Counted from the first letter of the whole stretch, positions 24,250-37,436 are shown. The stretch is 63,721 nucleotides of DNA, filler included, from Octopus bimaculoides (GCF_001194135.2; 7 parts of 7 records of this genome joined end to end with filler, not necessarily neighbours in it), one strand, 5' to 3'. Made by a program: numbers and translations. Notes: generated by a model from the letters alone, not told the origin.

Positions 24250-25230
24250 AAAACAAATGTACAGCATTTGTTATATATTGATTAGAAGTTTCATACATAA
24301 CATTCGTCACCTCAATAAGGAAGTCGATTTGGTGGATATCTTTCACTGGTTTAATTCCCTCTGCCAATATCACATGGCCTAAAAATGTAATGCTTGTAGT
24401 CTTTTGAACACATTTTTTTCTTTTGACATGTTTCTTGCGTAATCTTCTAAGGATGGCATTTAAATGTTTATTCAAGCTCTCTTCCATCTTGGCAACAACG
24501 ATTATATCGTCTTGGTAGGCAAGGAAGTTTTTAGGCATAGGAGTGGTTGTGTGGTAAGTAGCTTGCTTATGAACCACATGGTTCCAGGTTCAGTCCCACT
24601 GCGTGGCACCTTGGGCAAGTGTCTTCTACTATAGCCTCGGGCCGACCAAAGCCTTGTGAGTGGATTTGGTAGATGGAAACTGAAAGAAGCCCGTCGTATA
24701 TATGTATATATATATGTATGTGTGTGTATATGTTTGTGTGCCTGTGTTTGTCCCCCCAACATCGCTTGACAACCGATGGTGGTGTGTTTACGTCCCCATA
24801 ACTTAGCGGTTCGACAAAAGAGACCGATTAGAATAAGTGCTAGGCTGACAAAGAATAAGTCTTGGGGTCAATTTGCTCGACTAAAGGCAGTGCTCCAGCA
24901 TGGCCACAGTCAAATGACTGAAACATCTAAAAGAGTAAAATAGTCCCTTGAACACTACATTCTCTATAGCATGCTGAAAAAATTGCAGAGCTATTTATCA
25001 TTCCCATCTGTAATTGCATAACCAAGTATACCCCTCTTGTAATATTGATGATGCAGAGATTCTGACTATTTTCATTGAGCTTGATTTGCCAATATGTGTC
25101 AGTTAAGTCAATCCTAAAGAAGAATCTTGTGCCACTAAGCTTGCTGAACATGGTTTCTATTTGTGGCAAAGGATAAGCTTCTGTGCATATTTTTTTCATT
25201 TAAGTGAACTTTATAGTCAGGACACATACG
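24250..25230 (-). mobile_element. Gypsy/Ty3 LTR-retrotransposon RT fragment split by a SINE
   Basis: YPLPQIETMFSKLSGTRFFFRIDLTDTYWQIKL...QLQMGMINSSAIF (25200-24945) continues as FLAYQDDIIV...ITFLGHVILAEGIKP (24530-24350). Confidence 0.8.
24534..24940 (+). mobile_element. SINE family B, full length, with internal (TA/TG)n tract; interrupts a Gypsy RT
   Basis: Head ggagtggttgtgtggtaagtagcttgc..., central microsatellite ~24695-24745, 3' module cttgacaaccgatggtggtgtgtttacgtcccc...gactgaaaca. Confidence 0.85.
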
Positions 25231-25331
25231 CAGTCGTCCATTTTTCTTTCTAACCTACATGACTGGAGAAATATTGGTTATGCCACCTGGAGCACATATT
25301 TTAATTACACCTTTGGTTTCCAATGCATCTA

Positions 25332-26207
25332 TCAGGGTGAGTAAAAAGTAAGCAATGTTTTGAACCATGAAGAATCTGTACCGGATTTTTGCAGAATCTT
25401 GAATTTTTTGCAATTGTCTGATAATACAGACATAGACTTGCTGAAATACATCGATAAATTAACATTAATAAGTAATTTTGCTATTCAACTCCAAAAAAGG
25501 ACGTAAAGCAGCTGAAACTGCTCGCGATATCAACAAAACTTTTGGTGAGGAGATGACCAGTTAGTGGTCAGCTCAAAAATAGTTGAAACGATTTCGCAGT
25601 GAAGACCTGAACCTTGAAGATCGTGACGCTCATCTGTCATCGATGATGGTCAATTAAGGACCATCATTGAGAAAGATCCACATAAACCCACTCGAGAACT
25701 GGCAAAAGAACTTCGAGTTAGCCAGAAAACTGCCTGCAACCATATGCATACGATTGGAAAATCAAAAAAGTATTACACAATTTGAATGAAAATCAGAAAA
25801 TGTGCATATATGAAATTTGCTCATTGCTTCTTCTCCATAACCAGACCAATCCATTTCATGACCGTATTGTAAGTTGCAATGAAAAGGGGATTCTGTACAA
25901 TAATAAAAAACGTTCTTCGCAGTGGTTGGACCAAAATGAAGTACCAACAATCTTTCATAAACCCAAGCTCTTCAAAAAGGTTATGGTGACTGTTTGAATG
26001 TGTACTGTTAGACATGTCCACTATAACTTCTTAAAACCCGGAAAAACCATTACTGCAGAAACATATTGCCATGAAATTGCCAAAATGAACGAAAAACTGC
26101 TACTCCTCCATCCCAAACTGGTCAACAAAAGAGGGCCAATCATTCGTTATGACAATGCTCAACCACACGTTTCATTAATGACTCTCCAGAAGCTGAGGGA
26201 ACTTAGC
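25332..26207 (+). mobile_element. Mariner transposon relic (Hsmar1/SETMAR-like transposase pseudogene)
   Basis: Fragments DRIVSCNEKGILYNN..SQWLD..KPKLFKKVMVTV, HYNFLKPGKTITAETYC and YDNAQPHV correspond to mariner WVPHEL-downstream and DDD regions; several stops. Confidence 0.85.
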
Positions 26208-26996
26208 CCTTCCATTTGCTGCCCCCTGGACCCTACAAAAAATACATATTGCCTACAGCAGACCCAAAAATGCCACCTGGAGCAGACCATTCCTACGATT
26301 CTCCACCCCTAGCTACGCTAGTGCACCCAATGCACATTTCAATGGAACATAGTGAAATTTGCAACCCCTTATACAGGAGAATGAAAGCCACCCCGATTGT
26401 GCAGACAAGAAGCAACTCAAATTTTATTATCAGACACAACTTCTTAATAAAAGAAAGGAGCTGATAATCAATGGCGACATCAAGATTCTTAGAACATTTA
26501 GGCTCTCTTATAAAAGGACATTTAATTTAAATTAACCCAAACCACTGGAACTGAATTCTCTAGATCTACATGTTACATTTGACTCCTACCATTAGCTTAC
26601 TCACTTTACACTTTAACTACCTGATAATTTTGTCTTTCTTCTATCTATTAGAACCTCTACTACTCTCTTCTTTGTTCTGATGGCCATATTCTCCCAGGTG
26701 GATATCTATGTATTCTTATCTACCTACCTATCCATCTATCTGTCTGTCCGGTCATCCATCTACATACATGCATGCATGCATACATGATGGACTCTCCCAT
26801 TGAAGATGCTGTATGAGTGTTCAGCTTTTTTGCCAAACAGCCTGCACAAATGATTTGCTTATAGTGATCAAAATGTTATGTGCCATACTTAACTTACTCC
26901 CTCTATCAAATCAACTTTGCCTGAACAGGTGCACGCAATTGAGTGCAACACCATAACCACATGGCCATGCATTCTCACTGTGTGTGTGTGTATCGT

Positions 26997-27378
26997 GACA
27001 CTCCGTCGGTTACGACGACGAGGATTCCAGTTAATCCGATCAACGGAAGAGCCTGTTCGTGAAATTAACGTGCAAGTGGCTGAGCACTCCACAGACACGT
27101 GTACCTTTAATGTAGTTCTCGGGGAGATTCAGCGTGACACAGAGTGTAACAAGGTTGGCCTTGTACAACAGAGTGTACAAGGCTGGCCTTGTCAGAGTGT
27201 GACAAGGCTGGCTTTGTACAACAGAAACAGGAAGAGAGAAAGTTGGGGTGAAAGAGTACAGCAAGGTTCGCCACCACTCTCTGTCGGAGTCTCGTGGAGC
27301 TTTAAGTGTTTTCGCTCAATAAACACTCACAACGCCCGGTCTGGGAATCAAAACCGCGAGTCCGCTGCCCTAACCACA
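26997..27378 (-). mobile_element. SINE family A copy
   Basis: Reverse complement of the family A body and head, with a small internal tandem duplication (gccttgt.caga) near 27150-27215. Confidence 0.85.
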
Positions 27379-28074
27379 TACACACACATATATACCATCT
27401 AAGAATCCATAAATCAGAAAAAAAATATACATTCGTATATTTGTATATACAGTGAAATCTATTAATCGTAGTGTACAATATTATATCCATAACAGCCTAT
27501 CTTACCAATTGGTTTCACATCTATTTAACCCAGTGCCCTTCAGAGATGGTAGTTATGGAATGAAATATGACGACTACTCTTGATTGATGGAGGTGAAAAG
27601 GCACATCCAGTTTGTCGGTGCTGTGACTATGACGAAATGAGCTGAGCTAGGGCGCTGTTAAGAGTTATGTCCCTTGGCACCAAAACACCATCTCTGGGTG
27701 TGTTGGAAGGTGACAAAAGAGTTTTTTGGAAATGTGCGTAAGTTTTAGGGTTGGTGTTCTTGTAGAATTCGAATGTGTACAGTGGTACTATGTGTGTAGC
27801 ATTAGGTGGGTTGGGGTTGGCAGGTGCACAAAGGCCGCATAAGCATATGTGTGTTCATTTCTGTGTTTTTTGTTTGTTTTAGTTCAATTTTTTGGAACAC
27901 TTATATAGGAATTGAGTATGTGAGGGCTTATATTGGGGTAATGGAAAAGGATCTATTGAGTTGATGTCTGCTGTGTTAGAGTGTGCGTGTGTGTGTGTGT
28001 CTGTGAGTGCATTTGTGTATGTTCTGGTCAAACTCTTTGGGGACTGGTGGTTATAGTCATGACAGACTTCACTG

Positions 28075-28183
28075 GCACCATGAATTCTCTGGACACAATA
28101 GAAACCAACCTGAAAATGGTGAATCTCCTTGATTTGATCTTGGCCTTGGAGTCCAGTACCTACAGACCCTTTAGCAAGCCATA
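28075..28183 (+). mobile_element. Penelope-like element RT fragment, cut by the Tc1 insertion
   Basis: TIETNLKMVNLLDLILALESSTYRPFSKP resembles the PLE RT segment TIETNLK.VNFLDVTLDL..GTY.P..KP (recalled consensus, not searched). Confidence 0.45.
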
Positions 28184-29379
28184 CAGAGGTTGGACAAAAT
28201 AATGGAAACACCTTAAAATTTCAAACAAATTTATTTTAATATGGAGTAGGATTGCCTTTGGCAGTAATTACATCTTGAATTCTATGAGGTATAGACTCGT
28301 ACAAAGTTTGGATTATTTCCAAAGGAATTTTGCCCATTCTTCAGCTAAACAGTCTCCAGTTCTTGTAGTGATGATGATGGAGGATATCAATTCCTTACTT
28401 GTTTTTCTAAAATGTTCAATAATATTGAGATCTGGGGACTGTGGTGACCAGATAAGATGTTCAACTTCACTTTAGCTGTGTGAATTGGTGCATCGTTATC
28501 CTGAAAGATTGCATTTCCCTCTGGAAACAGTTCTGCAAATATAGGATGAATTTGATCAGATAAAATGCTTAAATAGTTTTGACTATTAATTCTGCTATGA
28601 AGGGAAACCATTGGGCTGGCAGATTTCCACGATATAGCCCCNNNNNNNNNNNNNNNNNNNNNNNNNNNNNNNNNNNNNNNNNNNNNNNNNNNNNNNNNNN
28701 NNNNNNNNNNNNNNNNNNNNNNNNNNNNNNNNNNNNNNNNNNNNNNNNNNNNNNNNNNNNNNNNNNNNNNNNNNNNNNNNNNNNNNNNNNNNNNNNNNNN
28801 NNNNNNNNNNNNNNNNNNNNNNNNNNNNNNNNNNNNNNNNNNNNNNNNNNNNNNNNNNNNNNNNNNNNNNNNGCAGCTCCTGGTAAACAGTTTTTGTGGA
28901 AACTGGTTTCTCGAGGTGGTTATTAAGCTCTGCAGTAATTTCGGGAGTTGTACTTTTGTGATCCTTTCTAACAATTCGTGTTAGAGTCTGACAGTCCCTA
29001 TTTGAAAGTTTTGGTTTTCTTCTGGAGTTTTGTTTTGACAAGGAGGTTTTTTACTCTTTCTCAAAGGCTGTCATTACTTTCAAGACAGTACTTATTGATA
29101 CATCAAACATTTTGGCTGTTTTCATTACACTAGCACCTGCCATATGAGCACCAACAATTTGACCTCTTTGAAAGTCTGATAGATCTGTCATTTTAATGAA
29201 TTTTAATTACCTTTTTCTGATGATATCTGAAAAAAACAACAAATTTAGCAAAACTTATTAAGCAATACTAATAATAAATAAAAAATCATAAAAATAAACA
29301 AGCTTTTGATGGTTTTATAGATATTTCAAAATTATGATGTTATGATGCTAGGTGTTTCCATTATTTTGTCCAACCTCTG
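28184..29379 (-). mobile_element. Tc1-family DNA transposon with intact 30-bp TIRs and TA TSD; transposase disrupted
   Basis: Perfect TIRs CAGAGGTTGGACAAAATAATGGAAACACCT (28184-28213 and 29379-29350) flanked by TA. Transposase starts [14 protein letters not shown] at 29191; also SRRKPKLSNRD and IFQDNDAPIHTAK. Confidence 0.92.
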
Positions 29380-32300
29380 TATATATACATATATATATAC
29401 ACCACTATATAAACATTGTTGGTCACAATGTGGATCCAATTCTTTCTTGGTTGTGTCATTCTGTTTGTTTCATCTTGGCCCAAATTGTTTAACTAAATCC
29501 CTTTCCCATTGCTATGGAGTGCCTTCCAAGTGACCTTTTCCAATTTCTTAGAACCCAACTGCACAGATTCTACATTTACTGCTTTTCCCCTCACCTAAAC
29601 AACTGGATCCCACTCCTGATACATTCCCTATTGATATCCATCCAACATTTTTTGCTATCGTTATCCCCACTCATATTTAATATGATCCGCCTACATCTCT
29701 TTTTATAGCCATCTTTCACTCTTCCCCATATTCTTGTTACCATTAACCTCATCATTTATCTACTAATTAGTGCATTATTCTGTTGTGATAATTAATGAAA
29801 GTATAATATTTTACCAGATATATCATCATTTCTGTAGGAGTGCAGGTACAAGTAGTCTTAAGTGCATGACCATTGAATAATTTTCTATTTTATGCTTACA
29901 TATGAAATGTCTTGTCCTTGAAATTTAGGAAGAGCTTACTTATCTTAAATCTATCATTGAATAAGAAAGGTGGTGCAACCCAAATGGCATTACTACATCT
30001 CAGTTTCTTGATGCCTACTGATTAGGGTTGTAAATGATCCTATCTTTGAACTCCCTGGCCTCAAGGGTGTTATAGCAGAGGTTGTCTATTGAAGATTTCT
30101 TTGCTAGATGACAAATTGGAGATTCTTCTGCTACCACTTTTGAATACAAGAGGGATAGGTTAACAAGATTCTATATTAATGAATGTGTGCTTCTTATTAG
30201 GTTTCCAAAAGGCTGAAAAGAATCATTACTAGGGTCTAGTGTCACATCCAGGAAGTGACTATTTTAAGGTTAATGTCTATAGTAATTTTCAGGCAAAAAA
30301 AATTTACATATTGCTATATCTTTTTCTTATTGTTGAAAATGGCTAGGATGTCACTCTTATACAGACCAACGCTGATGGAATCTTCCTTTTAGAATATCTA
30401 ATAAGAACAGTACAATGAGATTGTAGATGTCTGTGCTGTCAAATGATTTTATGCTCACATCAATGATATCCTCTGAATTTAATTTTTTTAAATCCAAGTC
30501 AAGTCTTTGTGAAAAATTAGGGTCTTTCTAGCATGAATGAAATCTCCAAATGTTTGTCACTTGTAGAAAATTTATCCTAATATTGTCTCTGTTTCTCATC
30601 CTCTGGAACAAATTTATCCCAATCCTTCTAGAATATTCAAATATTTGTGTAAAACATTTCAAAGTTTGCATCATACTAACAATCAATTGAAACACACAGT
30701 GGTGTGCACAATCATTGAATGTCAGTAATTTCTCTGATATATAATTAAAAAACAAAAATAACAGTAACATTTAGTTATGTCTCTTTATGTTCAAAGTTCA
30801 AATCTCACTTGTACCAATTTCACCTTTTAATCTTCTGGGGTGAATAACAATGTTGAAATTCCAGGTGTAATTAAAGTGATATCCATTCTCTCAAATTTAT
30901 TGCACCTTTGTCAATTAGAAATCTTTATATTTTATTTCTTCTGGGTTATGTATCCAATATAGTGTGGCTGAATACTGGAATTGGCTCTTCCTCCCTCATT
31001 GTGTTACCTTGTATCAATGTTAGAAATCATTATTTTGAGGTTTGTTGCATTGACAAAGACAAAATCTTCAGATTTTCTTTTGCCATAATCCTAGCAAAGA
31101 AATGTTGTCTAATCTGTGTAAGCCACAATAATTGTTATTGATGTAGTTAATATCAGAATATTAAAACAATATAACAAGAGATGTTAATCACCTCAACCAA
31201 GAAAAAAAAAACGGAACCTCTATGTGTTCACTTGGCCTGCTAAAAGTATCAGCCAAATCTCCCTCAAATAACATCCTATTCATCCTACTACATGGTATAT
31301 AATGTAATTCTAGATATACCAGGCCTGAAAAACAGAAAGTAGAGGATATGGCTAGAATACCTTTTGTTACAGGTCTGCTGGATTAGAGCTGAACTGTGGA
31401 TAAACAACAACCACCAGTGGTTTCTATTAGTAAATAAAATATAGGTACAATTATAAATATAATTGTACAATGCTTATTAATGAAATGTGTAAATCAAAAT
31501 GGACATATTTTCCTCATAAGACTATCAAAGACGGAATGACTTTGGCACATATTTTAAAATACCCACAGAGACAGCCTTTTTTAATGGCATGTTATGGTAT
31601 AACTTCTTACTCTTTCAAATGTCAGGCACCGTCATACATCTGCTGATTTTATCCAGTATATATCAGAGCAGCTTCTTGCTTTCTCTAGTCCAGTGGAAAG
31701 ATCTGAACTCAGTACCAAGCTAATTGAACATTAGTCTTTTATATGATATTTCTTACAATGATGAGAGGTACCCTATACACAGTACAAATTTAAAAGGATA
31801 CAACTGAACCAACAAGGATGTGTTGGCCATAGATGCATCATCATCATCATTTTACATGCTTGTGTGGGTTCCAAAGGCCATCACAGTCCAAACCATCTTT
31901 TACTGGGTGCTACTGTTTAGATGTGTCATTTGGTTTGGTTTTATGTGGCTGGTTACCCTTTTTATCACCAACCACTTTACAGAATGTACATGGTGTATTT
32001 TTTCATCAACACTAAGGAGGCTGAACACTCCTCGACAAAGCAGGAATTGAGATATCTCACAGTACTACACAACTGTTTATCCACCAATCATTTCAGAGTG
32101 TACTGGGTGCATATTTTTTAGTAACACTAGAGATGTAGTTTTGTTCACCAATCACTTGCAGAGGGAGACCCAATGGCACCGGCACAGGAATGGGTTATCT
32201 TGTACACTGTAACTGTAGTTACACTACAGTTACACTGTACACTGTAACCGTAGAAAGCTCACAGTAACTTGAGGCATGTAGACAGAGGATGGGAAGGAGA

Positions 32301-32596
32301 GAAGAAACAATGATAGCAGAAATGGGTGGATGTGGAGTGATAGGAAGTGTAAAAGGTATTCAATAGCCTAGGATGAGTACATTTGTTTGGATGACCAAGG
32401 AGGGGAATAGGAGAGAGATCAATGACAGCAGAGAGCCCAGAAATAGATGGTTGTGTGGTGAGGTTGTCTTGATTCAATTGACTGTAACTTTATTAATTTA
32501 AACAGCTTCATGTTTTGGATATTTTAAAAATAAGAAAATAAAATGGAAGAAAACTCAAACCAACAAAGAAAACGTTATAAATATTTGTATAATTGT

Positions 32597-32602
32597 TTTA
32601 TT
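32597..32602 (-). promoter_or_regulatory. Candidate polyadenylation signal AATAAA of the NUDT6-like gene
   Basis: AATAAA ~130 nt past the predicted stop; AT-rich context makes a chance match possible. Confidence 0.35.
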
Positions 32603-32734
32603 GGAAAATTCTGAAGGTAACTGCTTTCATAAATCGTGTTGATATCAAAATATTTCAACCAAAATATCATAGAAAATGAAAAATAAAATTTTAGATTTTA
32701 CTAATTCACAATCATTAACTATATATATAAAAAT

Positions 32735-32902
32735 TCAATCTTGTAACGTTTGAAGAGAATAGATATTATTTTTCAGATTTTTTCTGTAATTCCAAACTTT
32801 GGTTGGTTTCACAGCCATCTTAGTTTCAAGCTGCTGCTTGTAACTTTGAGCAAAAAATCTGTTTGCATCAGTAATATCTGTATTATTAATATATTCATCC
32901 AA
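32735..32902 (-). CDS. NUDT6: Terminal coding exon of NUDT6-like gene (LDEYINNTDITDANRFFAQSYKQQLETKMAVKPTKVWNYRKNLKNNIYSLQTLQD*)
   Basis: Not in the ORF track; read by hand. Acceptor atttcatttcag|TTG, phase 0 matching the previous donor; 56 codons ending TGA at 32737-32735; AATAAA on the minus strand at 32602-32597. Confidence 0.75.
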   Translation of the reverse strand: MDEYINNTDITDANRFFAQSYKQQLETKMAVKPTKVWNYRKNLKNNIYSLQTLQD

Positions 32903-33289
32903 CTGAAATGAAATAATGTAGACATGTTAAAAGATTTTTATTAAGAATTTCACAATAAAAATTGATTAAAAAATGAACTTTTATAAATTAATTTCCTTTT
33001 CATTCAAGAATGGAGAAGCAATATAAGAAAATTATTAAATCAATTAACTCTTAAAGTCACAGCATCTAATGGGTACCATGAAGAAGAATAAACAGCTTTA
33101 AACAAGAGGATTGTTTCTTAATTCATAGTGTTGAGTTCAAATTATTTTATGGTCTAATAAACAAGCCTACCAGAAACCACTCAAGTGCAACTACTCCTTT
33201 ATTCTTTACAAAGAAGCAAACATTTCAGAAGTCATTCAATAATCCAAAGACCACAATCAAGAGGATCATCTTTATTAAGGACACCAAAG

Positions 33290-33870
33290 AAAAGACCTAA
33301 TAATTGCTCTGAGGATTTGGCTTTCCACAGAATATGACAGAGTGATGAGAGTTGACTTGGAGAGGCAGCTGAAAATTTCATCACATCTTGTTGAGTCCTC
33401 ATTGAGATTAAACATTATCATGGTTTCTGAAGCTGCAAGACAGCATATTTTATTGGAGTTAAATGTGTCCTAACAGGAGAAGATGGAAGAGATGCAAGAG
33501 TAGAAGGTGAAGAACCAAGAGTTGGCGGAGGATCAAGTGTGTGCCAGCGGAAATAGGCTGGTGATGGATTGCATATTGTTTTCTTAGTAAGGCCTATGGA
33601 ATCCTGAACATTATGGATAGTAGCATTATCAAAAACAAGGAACTCTCAAAAGGAATGAGGAAGATACAGAAAATGCATCAAGATGGCTCTGGCTAAGAAA
33701 TAGGTGACTGCTAGAGGTGAGTAGTAAGATACTTGGTCACAGACCAAGGCTTTATCAAACCTAGGCCTAGTTGCTTAGATGAAGGTGAATGTCACAAAAC
33801 ACTAAGCACCCAGTGTCCCAAGGATACAACACTGATGATGTTTCCAAGTATTGCATCCAAAAATGTATGA
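33290..33870 (-). mobile_element. Highly degraded CR1/L2-like LINE fragment
   Basis: Purine-rich block unlike the surrounding intron; weak DKALV...YYS similarity to the YK.LVRP.LEY.S RT C-terminal region. Confidence 0.3.
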
Positions 33871-34237
33871 AGGACTAAGGAGTAGATTATAACACAAATA
33901 ATTGTTTTTGCAATTAAATTACAAGTATTTTAAAAAGAAACTACACCATTACTTAAAAATTTATATTAAAAATGTCTGTTTTTAGACCATTTTTCACATT
34001 TGGGGCGTTTTGACATAATGTTCTTGAACAGTATACTTTCCAAATATCTTTCAGACAATCTTCCTAAGTTAAGCCAAAATTTAAACTGGAAAGATCATTG
34101 GAATCATGTTAATAGAGTAGTGAAGGGACACCACAAAAAAAGTGTAAAAAAAAAGGAAGAAAACAAATTTAAGTAAATGAAGTTATGTGAAAGCGAGGCT
34201 ATAAAATAAGGAAAATATACTATTTTGTAATACTTAC

Positions 34238-34440
34238 ATCCATCCATTTACATTCTTTCACTTCTTGTAAACATGGATTTATCTCTTCAGTTAATGGCCG
34301 TAAAACACAAACAAAATATATATCTGAGCAGCCAAAATAGTAGTTGTGTTGATGGCGGAATGCTAATAGTGATTCAAATTTACATTTAACACCAGTTTCT
34401 TCAAATGTTTCCCTGATAGCAGTATCTGGTAAATCCTCTT
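34238..34440 (-). CDS. NUDT6: Internal coding exon of NUDT6-like Nudix hydrolase carrying the Nudix box (QEDLPDTAIRETFEETGVKCKFESLLAFRHQH...ECKWMD)
   Basis: Acceptor ttcttatgcag|AA and donor GAT|gtaagt; 203 nt, phase 1 to phase 0, in frame with the 37437-37541 exon. Joined sequence gives the Nudix motif GGHAEKQEDLPDTAIRETFEETG. Confidence 0.92.
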
Positions 34441-34535
34441 CTGCATAAGAATATAACATTTATATTAAATTGTGCATATATAATATATACATTAGTAAAT
34501 ATATAATGAAATAAACTGGTGTGTGTATGTATGTA

Positions 34536-34577
<42 letters not shown>

Positions 34578-37209
34578 AATTGATTATATAAGGATAAATT
34601 GATCAATAAAGTAAAGAATAATGCTCTGAAATGTACGCATATCATAAGAAGTACATTTCGTTGGTATAAATGATCTCAAGATGTGATGAAGTACAGCATG
34701 ATGTCTCATGTATGTTTATGTATGTGCAATTATGCATATATAGATGAGTGCATATAAGTGTGTGTGTGTGTGTGTGTATATATGTATGTATATATATATA
34801 TATATGTATATGTATATATATANNNNNNNNNNNNNNNNNNNNNNNNNNNNNNNNNNNNNNNNNNNNNNNNNNNNNNNNNNNNNNNNNNNNNNNNNNNNNN
34901 NNNNNNNNNNNNNNNNNNNNNNNNNNNNNNNNNNNNNNNNNNNNNNNNNNNNNNNNNNNNNNNNNNNNNNNNNNNNNNNNNNNNNNNNNNNNNNNNNNNN
35001 NNNNNNNNNNNNNNNNNNNNNNNNNNNNNNNNNNNNNNNNNNNNNNNNNNNNNNNNNNNNNNNNNNNNNNNNNNNNNNNNNNNNNNNNNNNNNNNNNNNN
35101 NNNNNNNNNNNNNNNNNNNNNNNNNNNNNNNNNNNNNNNNNNNNNNNNNNNNNNNNNNNNNNNNNNNNNNNNNNNNNNNNNNNNNNNNNNNNNNNNNNNN
35201 NNNNNNNNNNNNNNNNNNNNNNNNNNNNNNNNNNNNNNNNNNNNNNNNNNNNNNNNNNNNNNNNNNNNNNNNNNNNNNNNNNNNNNNNNNNNNNNNNNNN
35301 NNNNNNNNNNNNNNNNNNNNNNNNNNNNNNNNNNNNNNNNNNNNNNNNNNNNNNNNNNNNNNNNNNNNNNNNNNNNNNNNNNNNNNNNNNNNNNNNNNNN
35401 NNNNNNNNNNNNNNNNNNNNNNNNNNNNNNNNNNNNNNNNNNNNNNNNNNNNNNNNNNNNNNNNNNNNNNNNNNNNNNNNNNNNNNNNNNNNNNNNNNNN
35501 NNNNNNNNNNNNNNNNNNNNNNNNNNNNNNNNNNNNNNNNNNNNNNNNNNNNNNNNNNNNNNNNNNNNNNNNNNNNNNNNNNNNNNNNNNNNNNNNNNNN
35601 NNNNNNNNNNNNNNNNNNNNNNNNNNNNNNNNNNNNNNNNNNNNNNNNNNNNNNNNNNNNNNNNNNNNNNNNNNNNNNNNNNNNNNNNNNNNNNNNNNNN
35701 NNNNNNNNNNNNNNNNNNNNNNNNNNNNNNNNNNNNNNNNNNNNNNNNNNNNNNNNNNNNNAAGGTTAGTAAGGTTGGAATAACCCATCTAAGGGATAAA
35801 AATATCTGTTACACTACTGGTATAATTATCTATGTTAACCCTGGACATACATATGCAAGCATATTATGCAAGCATATTATGCTCATAGGATACAAGTAAT
35901 GACAAAGATAAACATGAGTTTATCAGGAATCAAATTTAAAGTAAACAGGAAATGGAGAAATATTGATCAACAACAATTGACTAACATCGATTATTACTTT
36001 TTAATACAAATAGACTTTATCCCATCTAACAGCTGTTTCTGCTTCCAATGCTCCATGGTGTTGCCAGGATGTCCTTCCTAATTCCAACCACTCTACAGAA
36101 TGCGCTAGGTGCTTTTTACATGGCACCATCACCAGTGCTTTTTAAGTGGTACCAGTGCTTTTTATGTGGCACCAGCACCCCCAGTCATTTGTTCATTCTC
36201 CATTAGGTTTTTTGCCCACAGCTAGTGTGGGTTAAGATACAGCCTGATGCTCTTCATGCTGCCAACTCTTACCTGTTTTTTCAAGTAAGGGACATTTTAT
36301 TACAAGAATTTAATCTATTTTACAGAGAATTGAATGTTCATATTTACTAGGAAAATCGAATATAGTTTGCTTGGTTGCTAGCATCAATTCTGTTCAAATT
36401 GCTTCATTATTACTGGCTAATGAATTAAGTGAAAATCATTTTCGCTATAAATCAATAAATAAAGAGTTATTAGCAATTTAAATTTGAAAATTTTGATAAT
36501 TTTAGTCAATCGTAAGCCACAGACACAAGCAGAACATGAGAACTCTTTTGTCTGTGAGAAAGCACCTGCCTGTGTACTGTTGGAAATTTTTACTGTCTGA
36601 TTATGGCAGCAAGTTATTGTAACCTCACTTCTCTGATGGAGACACTGAAAACAACAGGATACTGTGTTGTACCTTCCAGAATAGTTGGCAAGTGCCAGAG
36701 CATACCGTTGAGGTTTGAACGCCATAATATAAGTGGCAGGATATTGCAAAAGAAGCATGATTAAAGAGTGTGGAGGGGAAGGAGTCTGTGGTGAAAACTT
36801 GGGTATATATAGAGTCAGTGTGTGTGTGTGGGGGGGGGGGCTATCAGATAGCAATGAAACAGAGGAATAGAGTTGTGAGGACAGAACTGGGGAGTGAGAG
36901 CTTGGTATAGTGTATGAAGGAGGAAATGTGAGGAAGAGAAGAGATGAAGAAATGTAGATTGGTTTGTTGGGGTAGGGTGTGTGAAAAGTTTTCTTGTTAA
37001 GTACGGGTGGAACACAAAGGTTTGGGGCTTGCAGATAGCAATGATACAGTGAGTCAGGGTGTGTGGATGGAACATACAGGTCAGAAGCTAGTGGAGAGCA
37101 ATGATACAGTGGCACAGGACCAAGAGGACAGGATTAGGGAGTGGGAGGTAAGAATAGTGCATGAAAGAAGAGAAGTGAAGAAGAAATGTGGAGATGTATA
37201 ATGTGTGTG

Positions 37210-37415
37210 TGTGTCTATACCTGTGTTTGTTCCCACCACTGCTTGATGACTGGTGATGGTGTGTTTATGTCCATGTAATTTAGTGGTTCACCAAAAGAGA
37301 TCAATAAAATAAGAACCAAGCTTAAAAAATAAATAAGTACTGGGGTCGATTTATTTGACTAAAAATTCCTCAAGGTGGTGCCCCAGTATGGATGCAGTCT
37401 AAGAATTGAAACAAA
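37210..37415 (+). mobile_element. SINE family B 3' half, ending next to the Nudix exon donor
   Basis: cttgatgactggtgatggtgtgtttatgtcc...gtactggggtcgatt...ggtggtgccccagtatgg. Confidence 0.7.
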
Positions 37416-37436
37416 TAATAGATAAAAGATACATAC

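Noticed and set aside
30528-30770. Minus-strand ORF considered as the last Nudix exon
   Set aside because: No family resemblance; the 32902-32735 exon fits phase and sequence much better.
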